Shown one piece after another: positions 8,170 through 15,917 of a DNA stretch of 24,424 nucleotides. The notes beneath the pieces were generated by a model that saw nothing but the letters and a program-made list of their open reading frames with translations, searched no databases and had not been told where the DNA came from. The stretch is from Candidatus Brocadiia bacterium (lineage in GTDB: Bacteria; Planctomycetota; Brocadiia; CAIUPP01). A program made the translations under genes and the position numbers. The first letter of the stretch is position 1. Each line of letters begins with the position of its first letter. Location of the stretch: contig JBEKCB010000045.1 of assembly GCA_050015075.1 (NCBI GenBank), positions 1 through 24,424 of the forward strand, read 5' to 3'.

Positions 8170-9126
8170 TCACCCATTCGGAGCACCGCACTCTTGCAGT
8201 TGGCTGGCGATCAGGCTGGAGGCGAGCGCCTGCTGAGGAGTGGGCGTCAAGGGCGTTTTCATTTGCAGGGCGGCAACAAATGCTTCCATTTCTGCATAGG
8301 CGCCGCTGCTGACGAACTCCGGCTCGTCCGATGGTGAGGCATCCGCAAGCGCCAGCTTGCCGTCTTGCCAAATCTCAACCGACCACGGATGCACCGCGCC
8401 GGTCTTCACTTCCGCGATGAACTCGTCTCCGATGAGCCGGACCGTCTCCTCGACCTTGCCGGCGCAGGGTAGGATGGTGAGTTGAACGGAGACACCGCTT
8501 TTCCCGTGGAGAAGCGCCGTTCGACCGCATGCGCTTTCGCCATGGGTAACAACTTGCGGCGCCCCTTGCAACTCCAGGGGCCCCGCCACGTGGCACAACG
8601 CGTCGATCAGGTGCAGTCCGGTTCCCCAGACGAAATCCGGCTCCGCACGATGGGAACGCAGCATGCATCCTTCCACAAGGCGGATGCAGAGTCGCTCCCG
8701 CCCGATCCACTCAAGCGCCATCCGCAGCGCTGGATCGAACCGACGGTTCAGCGACACCATTACCGGCACGCCGGACGCCTCCACCGCCGCGACAATCTCC
8801 CGAGCTTCCGACAAGTTCCGCCCCAGAGGCTTCTCAATCAGCATGGGCAGCCGCCAGCGGAGATACTGCGGCGTCGCCTGGACCATGACAGGGATTGGAA
8901 GCACAACGACCAGGCCATCGAGCGCGGCGCCGCTTAACGCATCCAGGGACTGGACATGCTTCGCGAAGCCGTACTGCTCGGCCACGCGCGCCGCCTTGGC
9001 GAGGATCGGATCGCATACCGCCGTCAGCTCCACCTGCCCCGGGTGGCGCTCGGCCAACATGCGCAACGCGGGCGCATGCTGAGTCGCGCTATGGCTGCCT
9101 GCTCCGACCAATGCTACGCGCACCAT
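8170..9126 (-). CDS. Gfo/Idh/MocA family oxidoreductase
   Basis: RVALVGAGSHS Rossmann motif, LIEKPLG, SLNRRFDP, GLHLID. Confidence 0.9.
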   Translation of the reverse strand: MVRVALVGAGSHSATQHAPALRMLAERHPGQVELTAVCDPILAKAARVAEQYGFAKHVQSLDALSGAALDGLVVVLPIPVMVQATPQYLRWRLPMLIEKPLGRNLSEAREIVAAVEASGVPVMVSLNRRFDPALRMALEWIGRERLCIRLVEGCMLRSHRAEPDFVWGTGLHLIDALCHVAGPLELQGAPQVVTHGESACGRTALLHGKSGVSVQLTILPCAGKVEETVRLIGDEFIAEVKTGAVHPWSVEIWQDGKLALADASPSDEPEFVSSGAYAEMEAFVAALQMKTPLTPTPQQALASSLIASQLQECGAPNG

Positions 9127-9268
9127 GCCGGAATTTCCTTTGCTCTGGTCAGGAAACTTCCTGGGTAAGACGCCATCGCCACATTCTGACGCCTGAGGTC
9201 ACCTCGATCAAGCAATTCTTCAGCGGTCTGCTGCTCTTGAACGGGATTCAAGGTCGCTAAGCCCGGCT
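9127..9268 (-). repeat. Dispersed promoter-leader repeat, copy B3 (central leader replaced)
   Basis: CCTTGAATCCCGTTCAAGAGCAGCAGACCGCTGAAGAATTGC-TTGATC-N17-CAGAAT matches 708-779; the tail GGAAATTCCGGC is retained directly before the ATG at 9126. Confidence 0.85.
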
Positions 9269-9402
9269 GTAGCGGGACCGAATTGCAACGCCGCGTGCAG
9301 GAATCTACCCCGAGTCATTTCACATCTGTGTTGAAAACGTCACGATGAAGACGGCCCCTATATCGAGAGCTCTCCAAGGCTGCCAGAGCACTGGCAAGGG
9401 CC

Positions 9403-9485
9403 TTGACAGGAGCCGTATCGAGCGTACAATGTCGCTTCAGGAAGGGACAGCCCCACGGGGAACAGCCAAATGAGAAATCCCGGCT
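9403..9485 (+). promoter_or_regulatory. sigma70 promoter TTGACA-N16-TACAAT with a degenerate repeat tail
   Basis: Near-consensus hexamers. The tail TGAGAAATCCCGGCT matches the repeat end at about the same distance from the -35. Confidence 0.6.
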
Positions 9486-9553
9486 CAAGAGCTTGGACGG
9501 ATCGTCGCCCCGTGAGTGTTTCGGTCCCCATTTTCGCAGTCTCCCCAGATGTG

Positions 9554-9581
9554 TTGACGAAAATCCCGGCCGGTTTACAAT
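9554..9581 (+). promoter_or_regulatory. Second sigma70-like promoter TTGACG-N16-TACAAT for the GH5 gene
   Basis: Near-consensus hexamers ~46 bp before the ATG at 9628. Confidence 0.55.
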
Positions 9582-9627
9582 GCCGCACGAGCAGGCCGCC
9601 CAAAGGATGGTCAGAGGAGAAATCCGG

Positions 9628-10773
9628 ATGACAGCGGGCGTGCGCGGGTTGGCGAGAGAATATTCGCGCCGGGAATTCCTGAAGCTGGGAGCGGCCATCG
9701 CGGCAGCGGGCATGGTTCTGCCGGGCGCCTTTGCCGGGCAGGCGGCCCGAGACGATAGGACAGACTCTGCGCCGAAAGGAGCGGGCAAAGTGAACGCGTC
9801 GAAACTCCCGCGCTGGCGGGGATTCAATCTGCTGGAGAAGTTCGTCGCGCAGGATAGCGCCCCGTTCCGCGAGCAGGACTTCGAGTGGATCCGGGAATGG
9901 GGGTTCGACTTTGTGCGCCTGCCCATGTCTTACCTCTGCTGGACGGATGCAGGGGACCGGCTCAAGCTACGCGAGGACGTGCTCAAGCAAATTGATCAGG
10001 CCGTGGAATTCGGCCGCCGGTACGGCGTGCACGTTAACATGAACTTCCATCGCGCCCCCGGATACTGCGTCAATCCGAACCCCCCGGAGCCGTTCGATCT
10101 GTGGAGCAGCGACGAGGCGTTGAACGCATGCGCGTTCCACTGGGGGCATTTTGCCAAGCGATACCAAGGCATTCCAAATGAGCGGGTGAGCTTCGACCTC
10201 GTCAACGAGCCGGGCAACATCCCCGAGGCCACCTACGTGCGCGTCGTCAAGCGGCTGGTCGAGGCGATCCGCGCTGAGGACCCCGGCCGGCTGATCATCG
10301 CCGACGGGCTGTTCTGGGGGCGCAATCCCGTCAACGGGCTGGCGGAACTCGGGATCGCCCAGAGCACGCGCGGATACGATCCGATGCAGGTCAGCCACTA
10401 CAAGGCCTCGTGGATCGGCGGTTCGGACAAATGGCCCGAGCCGACCTGGCCGCTGAAACTGGGCCCGAGGGACGTCTGGGACAAGGAGCGGCTGCGCAGG
10501 GAAAGGGTCGAGCCGTGGAAGACGCTTGAGCGCGCTGGAGTGGGAGTGCACGTCGGCGAATGGGGAGCGTTCCAGTGTACGCCGCACAACGTCGTGCTCG
10601 CCTGGATGCGCGACAATCTCGCGCTGTGGAAGGAAGCCGGCTGGGGCTGGTCGCTGTGGAATTTCCGAGGCTCGTTCGGCGTCCTGGACAGCAACCGGGC
10701 GGACGTGAAATACGAGGAGTTCCGCGGGCACAAACTCGACCGCGAGATGCTGGAGGTGCTAAAGGCGTCTTAG
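9628..10773 (+). CDS. Tat-exported glycoside hydrolase family 5 (cellulase-like)
   Basis: GAGGAG RBS, SRREFLK Tat motif, WRGFNL, FDFVRLP, FHRAPG, acid/base NEP, nucleophile GEWG, WSLWNF. Confidence 0.92.
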   Translation: MTAGVRGLAREYSRREFLKLGAAIAAAGMVLPGAFAGQAARDDRTDSAPKGAGKVNASKLPRWRGFNLLEKFVAQDSAPFREQDFEWIREWGFDFVRLPMSYLCWTDAGDRLKLREDVLKQIDQAVEFGRRYGVHVNMNFHRAPGYCVNPNPPEPFDLWSSDEALNACAFHWGHFAKRYQGIPNERVSFDLVNEPGNIPEATYVRVVKRLVEAIRAEDPGRLIIADGLFWGRNPVNGLAELGIAQSTRGYDPMQVSHYKASWIGGSDKWPEPTWPLKLGPRDVWDKERLRRERVEPWKTLERAGVGVHVGEWGAFQCTPHNVVLAWMRDNLALWKEAGWGWSLWNFRGSFGVLDSNRADVKYEEFRGHKLDREMLEVLKAS

Positions 10774-10814
10774 CAGAAAGCTGTCTTGCCGCTGGGAAAA
10801 TCGGGTTCATATCA

Positions 10815-11033
10815 TTAACGGCGCCGCAGACGAGATCGTTCGTGAGAAAGAAAGCGTGGAGCCGCCCGCTTGCCAATCGGCGTTTCCTTCCCGATCCGGG
10901 TCTTGAGCCAGCCGCCAAGCTCCAGGATATACTGGAACTCCTCCGCCGCGTAGTCCCAGCGGTAATTGTTGCAGAGCGCATGGGCTGGAAGGTAGTTCTC
11001 CGCCGAGTCGCCACTATCTGCGCTGTGCGCTAA
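10815..11033 (-). pseudogene. C-terminal remnant of an HNH endonuclease
   Basis: Startless frame LAHSADSGDSAENYLPAHALCNNYRWDYAAEEFQYILELGGWL...RRR* keeps the H..G...N(YL)..H..CN signature. Confidence 0.7.
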
Positions 11034-11181
11034 GTGTCACGCGATAGCGCGATGCGCCGGAAGTCCGTTGCCGCAATGTCGCCGCCGCGCGCTTCGGAGC
11101 CATGGTGTGCGAAGACGATGGTCCGGCGCCAATGCGAAAGACTTCCCTGAGCGAATTGAACGTCAGTGGTTCCGACGTCAT
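11032..11181 (-). pseudogene. sdaA: N-terminal remnant of L-serine dehydratase
   Basis: MTSEPLTFNSLREVFRIGAGPSSSHTMAPKRAA...YRVTL carries the IGxGPSSSHT signature and breaks off before the expected YGSL. Coupled to the upstream stop (ATGA). Confidence 0.8.
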
Positions 11182-11927
11182 TTCCCCTTTTTGCGAACCC
11201 AGGCCAGGTATTCCGACGGCGTCATGAAGACGCAGCCCTTCGACTTGAGGAACTCGACGATTCTCTCGAAGCCTTCCCACTTCGTCTCGACTTTCCAAAG
11301 GTCTGGATGCCCCTGAAGGACGAGCATGTCGAGACCGGCGGCCAGTTTCTTGTACGTTCTCTCAAATTTCTTGAAGTCCGGCACGAAGATTGGATCTTCC
11401 AAACTCATCACCCGCGGGAGGCTCAGCCGGCTGAAATACTTCGGCTTCTTCGGGCCGCAGAGCCAAATCTTGACTTGGGGCACGGCCTCGAGGGCCCTGT
11501 CGGTCGCCTCGGTGGTTGAACTCCAGTGCGGACCGAACGCGGCGAACTCGAACCCAAGCTTCTCCCTGGCGAGTCTCTCGCAGCGGTCCAGCAGGGCCTT
11601 GTGTTCCTGCCAAGTTCCCTGTTCGAATTCCCCGGTCTTGTCCTCGGGATGTCGAGCATGGGTGCGGTAACCGTGGAGCCAGAACTCCACGGCGCCATTC
11701 TTGTGATGCTCCTTGATCCACTTGAAATAGGCCGGTTGATCGCCCTCCAGCGAATCACAGATGACGCCGGAAGAAGCCTTCAGGTGGTTCTTCTCGATGT
11801 AATCGGTCACGCGCCGCCATCGCGGTGAGACTGGACCGCCGCCGTTCGCGCCCAATTCAATAACATCGTCGAACTTAAAGATGATGACCTGCGCCTTGGC
11901 TGAAGAGACGGGCTTCCGCTTCTTCAT
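11178..11927 (-). CDS. Polysaccharide deacetylase-like protein (CE4/DUF2334-like)
   Basis: FKFDDV, FWLHGYxxH, FGPHW, LVLQGHP, FMTPSEY. Confidence 0.75.
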   Translation of the reverse strand: MKKRKPVSSAKAQVIIFKFDDVIELGANGGGPVSPRWRRVTDYIEKNHLKASSGVICDSLEGDQPAYFKWIKEHHKNGAVEFWLHGYRTHARHPEDKTGEFEQGTWQEHKALLDRCERLAREKLGFEFAAFGPHWSSTTEATDRALEAVPQVKIWLCGPKKPKYFSRLSLPRVMSLEDPIFVPDFKKFERTYKKLAAGLDMLVLQGHPDLWKVETKWEGFERIVEFLKSKGCVFMTPSEYLAWVRKKGK

Positions 11928-12077
11928 GATGCCGTTCTTCCCATTTCACGGCTTTGAATGTCAGATGTCTCGCAGTCCGGCATCGCAGCCGCACGGACAT
12001 ACCTGCGGACAACAAACAAAACCATCGGCGGCGACGCAAGCCGACGCCCAAGAGCCGCATGGCGCGGAGACAGCCAT

Positions 12078-13250
12078 CTACCTGATCCGATAGAGATGCA
12101 CATCCCAGTCGCCAAAGTGGTCCTGAAACTTGCCCTCCGCCGGTTCGATCTTCCGGCCTTCGCCGAGGACTTCGACCTGCGCGCCGGCAGGGAGAGCGTC
12201 GAGGGTGAAAGTGGCTTCCGCCGCGCCGGGCTTCATAGCGACGGCAAAGACGTATGTCGCACCGCCCTGCTTCTTAACCATGGTCGCCACCGGCACGTCC
12301 TTGTTCGAGGATTCCACCTTGAGCGCGTCCTTGACGGTGGGGCTGTTCAGCGCAGGGGCGAGTTCATGGACCTGCTGGTTGAGCGCCGTCACGGCAGCGA
12401 GCATCTGAGGATCGTCCAGGAGCGCATGGTCGTTCTCGGGCTTGAATTCATGGCAGAAATAGACGATTCCCTGGCTTCCGTGCACCAGGCTCATCCAGAC
12501 TTCCGCTTTGACCTGCTTCGGCGTTGCCTTGGTACGCGACTCGATCCGCGTGCATTCGATGCAGTTCCAGGCAATCTTGCGCCCGCCGGTCCACTTGACC
12601 AGCCGCTCGACGCCATGGGCGACGAAATCCAGCTTGCCTTTGACCTGCGGGTTATTGTGCACTACGGGGTAGATATCGAACGAGGCAATATCGCATCCCT
12701 TGATGTACTCGGCATAGTCCTCGGGATGGTTGGTGCGCACGCCGCGGCCATTGTAGCCGTCCCAGGCGACGCCCTGACCGAGATTGAGGAGCACCGGTCG
12801 GGAGGGATCCGCCTTGCGGAGCGCTTCGTATTCCGCAACAATCTTGGCCGGCAAAATGGGCGGCCCGTAGCCATTGCCCCCCGGCAGATCCTGGGCGTTG
12901 TCGGGTTCGTCGCCGTGCATCCAGCCGACAATGATCGGATCATCCTTATGGGCCAGACCCACGACATTCTGGTCGCAGATGGCCGGCATTCCGTATTTCT
13001 TGAGCTCAGCCAGATCAGGTTCGGTCGGCTCCAGGCCGACGTAAAGATTGATGCCCGCCTTCTTGTACCTTGGCGCATCTCTCGGCTCCTGCAGCCAGAC
13101 GGCGATGGGGAAGAATGAGGCATCCTTCGGCGGCCCATTCTTCCATTGCGCATAGGGATTAGAGGACTCAGGTTTAGCTTCGTCAGCGCCGACCGCTATC
13201 GTCGCAGCCAGCAGGATTACGGATGCGGTCAGAACTCGCTGCCATATCAT
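12078..13250 (-). CDS. Secreted putative glycoside hydrolase (clan-A-like TIM barrel)
   Basis: AGGAGG RBS, signal peptide, FFPIAVW, WMHGDEPDN, SFDIYP, WMSLVHGSQGIVYF. Confidence 0.7.
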   Translation of the reverse strand: MIWQRVLTASVILLAATIAVGADEAKPESSNPYAQWKNGPPKDASFFPIAVWLQEPRDAPRYKKAGINLYVGLEPTEPDLAELKKYGMPAICDQNVVGLAHKDDPIIVGWMHGDEPDNAQDLPGGNGYGPPILPAKIVAEYEALRKADPSRPVLLNLGQGVAWDGYNGRGVRTNHPEDYAEYIKGCDIASFDIYPVVHNNPQVKGKLDFVAHGVERLVKWTGGRKIAWNCIECTRIESRTKATPKQVKAEVWMSLVHGSQGIVYFCHEFKPENDHALLDDPQMLAAVTALNQQVHELAPALNSPTVKDALKVESSNKDVPVATMVKKQGGATYVFAVAMKPGAAEATFTLDALPAGAQVEVLGEGRKIEPAEGKFQDHFGDWDVHLYRIR

Positions 13251-13597
13251 CTTCGTTCCTCCTTTTCATTAGGTTATCTTGGTCCATGTCCAGGGCAGCC
13301 GGCGGCTGCGGCGCTTCGCGGCGGACAATCCCCGTTCCAGCTTTCCTCCCGTTCTTAGACCGTCATATCAGCCTCCCTTTCTGCCGTTGCCCACGCCGTG
13401 CGAGTGCGGCCCCGGTAGCTATCCGTTGCCGCCCCATGTCGCCGGTGCATTTTACCTCACGCCTCTGACAGCCGCCAATCGGGCCCTGAGAAAACCTGAT
13501 ATTCAGCGGCCCGGACGCTGCCGTTGCCGCGCAGACATCCCGATTACCGTTCACTCTCATGCAAGTAAATACGGATCTTAACATGTGGTACGCCCAC

Positions 13598-13796
13598 AGG
13601 GGCACACGCGGGCGTATCGTTTCCCAGAACAACACGACGAAGTCAGTCAGGCCTTTGTCACCGCAGTCCAGGCGGCTGAAGCGGAGGCCTTCTTTCGCCG
13701 CGTGGCTTCCCCTTGACAAGGGGGATTCTGATTGTCAGAATCCGACGTTTGATAGGTGACCGTCATGTGAATGGCGAGCATCTGAGAAATTCAGGT
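13598..13796 (+). repeat. Dispersed promoter-leader repeat, copy A2
   Basis: GAGGCCTTCTTTCGCCGCG is identical to the reverse complement of 580-598; TTGACA(13713)-N17-CAGAAT; leader GTGACCGTCATGTGAATGGCGAGCATCTGAGAAATTCAGGT. Confidence 0.9.
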
Positions 13797-14040
13797 CAAG
13801 GTCTCACGCGCGCTCTCTCGCGCCGGCCTGCCCATTCATGGCGCCCCGGCCGGCCTCAACTGGATTCATCTCATCGAGGCAGGGAGTTTTAGGAGAAGAG
13901 CACGGCCGCCTAGCAAGCCGACCTGGCCGTCCTCCTGTGCGATCAGGCCGGCGCGACTGCCTGTTCCGTGTCCGAGGGCGCGCAATGGTATTGCCGGAGA
14001 AACCTTGAGAAGGCCCGACCGACCCGCATCGCTTAACCTC

Positions 14041-15390
14041 ATGTTAATCAACCAGGCGCCGTTGGCGGCAAGCGCCGCCGCACTGCGCAACGGCACGCTG
14101 GACTTGATGCGATATCTCGGCGAAGTCTGCGACCGTATCGAAGCGTTCGAGCCGACCGTGCAAGCGCTGGCGCCGGAGCCGAATCGCCGGGCGCGCCTGC
14201 TGCGCGAGGCAGCCGAGCTGCAGCGCAGGCATCCGAAGCCGGAGGGTCGCCCTTTGCTCTACGGAGTCCCGCTGGGGGTGAAAGACATCTTCCACGCGCA
14301 GGGCTTCGCGACGCGCGCCGGAACCCAATTGCCGAGCGACCTGTTCCCCGGCGATGAGGCGTCGTGCGTCGCTATGCTCCGAGCGGCAGGCGCACTGGTC
14401 CTGGGCAAGACGGTGACGACGGAGTTCGCCTACGCGGAACCCGGGCCGACTCGCAACCCGCACAATCCGGCCCATACGCCCGGCGGCTCCAGCAGCGGCT
14501 CCGCCGCGGCCGTAGCGGCAGGTTTCTGTCCGCTGGCGATCGGCACGCAGACGGTCGGCTCGACGATCCGCCCCGCGGCGTTCTGCGGGATCATCGGGTA
14601 CAAGCCGAGCTTCGGGCGCATCCCAACGGCCGGGGCGATCACCTTCGCCTCTTCAGCCGACCACGTTGGCCTTTTCACGCGGGACGCGGCCGGCATGGCG
14701 CTGGCTGCTTCGATCCTGTGCCGCGATTGGCGGGCATCACGCGAGCCGCCCGACGAAGCGCGGCGCGATTCGCGGCGAGCGCTCCCCACGTTCGGCGTGC
14801 CCGACGGCCCCTACCTCCAACAGGCCTCGAGCGCGGCGTTGGAGGCGTTCGACAGGCAACTCGAGTCGCTCAGGTCCGCCGGCTATCCAATCCGGCACGT
14901 GCGGATGCTCGAGGACATCGGCGCGATCAATCGGCGCCATTGGCGCATGTGCGCCGCTGAACTGGCGCAGGCTCACGCCGTTTGGTTTGCCCGGTACGAG
15001 GATCTCTACCGCCCCCGGACCGCCGCGCTGATTCGGGAGGGTCAGAGCGTCGGCGCCGACGAATTGGCGGCCGCCCGCGCCGCGAGAATCGAGCTGCGGA
15101 GGAAACTGGAACGCCGGATGGCTGAGGAGAGAATTGACCTGTGGGTCTGTCCCGCGGCGACGGGGCCGGCGCCCGAAGGGCTTGACTACACCGGCGATCC
15201 GAGCATGAACCTGCCCTGGACACACGCCGGCGTGCCCGCAGTGACCCTTCCCGCCGGCCGGGCGGCGAACGGGCTGCCGCTCGGCCTGCAGTGCGTGGCG
15301 AAGTTCATGAACGACGAGGAGTTGCTCGTCTGTGCTGAGCAACTGGAGCGGATCTTTAACTTCCATCCGCCGTCTCAGGCGCGAATCTGA
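14041..15390 (+). CDS. Amidase signature family protein
   Basis: GVPLGVKD, GKTVTTEFA, TPGGSSSGSAAAVA, GTQTVGSTIRPAAFCG, GLPLGLQ. Confidence 0.93.
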   Translation: MLINQAPLAASAAALRNGTLDLMRYLGEVCDRIEAFEPTVQALAPEPNRRARLLREAAELQRRHPKPEGRPLLYGVPLGVKDIFHAQGFATRAGTQLPSDLFPGDEASCVAMLRAAGALVLGKTVTTEFAYAEPGPTRNPHNPAHTPGGSSSGSAAAVAAGFCPLAIGTQTVGSTIRPAAFCGIIGYKPSFGRIPTAGAITFASSADHVGLFTRDAAGMALAASILCRDWRASREPPDEARRDSRRALPTFGVPDGPYLQQASSAALEAFDRQLESLRSAGYPIRHVRMLEDIGAINRRHWRMCAAELAQAHAVWFARYEDLYRPRTAALIREGQSVGADELAAARAARIELRRKLERRMAEERIDLWVCPAATGPAPEGLDYTGDPSMNLPWTHAGVPAVTLPAGRAANGLPLGLQCVAKFMNDEELLVCAEQLERIFNFHPPSQARI

Positions 15391-15697
15391 GCGCCCCCGA
15401 GCACCGGTTCGTGAACCACGGCTTCCTTCGAAAACATAAACAATAGACACGTTGTCTCTGCCCATCGAATGGAGTAAGAACAGCGGAGGGCGTGTTTGAT
15501 CCTGAGAGTTCCGAGGACGCGCGACCTGTCCTTGACGTCGGTGGCCACGGAAGATCGAGAACAGGCCGAAGCCGTCCGCTTGCGCATTATTTTCTTCTCG
15601 GTGACCATCAGGGCGGCCAGGTTCGACGGGAGAAAGACGTTGGCCAAATAGGCACTACGACAAAGCGCTCCGAATCCTCGTTCCCATTATGCTCAAG

Positions 15698-15897
15698 AAG
15701 GGCGCGCGTGGGCGGATCGTCTTACAAAACATCGGCGTGCGCACCTGTTGACGGGTAACTCCTTGTAATACCCCGCGCGACTTCCCATTGACAAACGGGA
15801 TTCTGAGCGTCAGAATACGACATTTTGATGGCTGAATGCCATGTGGACGACCTGCCCGACGGGCATGTGGACAGCGGCCCTCCGGGAAATTTCGGGT
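15698..15897 (+). repeat. Dispersed promoter-leader repeat, copy A3 (internal 24-bp duplication)
   Basis: CCGCGCGACTTCCCA-TTGACA(15788)-N17-CAGAAT...GATGGCTG...CATGTGGAC x2...GGAAATTTCGGGT. The upstream block GGGCGCGCGTGGGCGGATCGTCTTACAAAAC matches 13599-13630. Confidence 0.88.
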
Positions 15898-15917
15898 GAC
15901 AATAATGGCTATCCTCA

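Noticed and set aside
11958-13118. 386-aa plus-strand ORF
   Set aside because: Shadow of the 12078-13250 gene caused by GC3 bias.
13559-13759. Repeat as a small conserved protein (..LDKGDSDCQNPTFDR*)
   Set aside because: Stops and indels differ between copies and no start is shared; conservation follows the promoter boxes. An ancient coding origin cannot be excluded.
15375-15647. 90-aa minus-strand ORF
   Set aside because: No RBS or recognisable motif; possibly a remnant but not supportable.
487-15897. Repeat family as a CRISPR array or integron attC sites
   Set aside because: Copies are kilobases apart, on both strands and 5' of genes. No cas or intI gene is seen, and no RYYYAAC...GTTRRRY ends.
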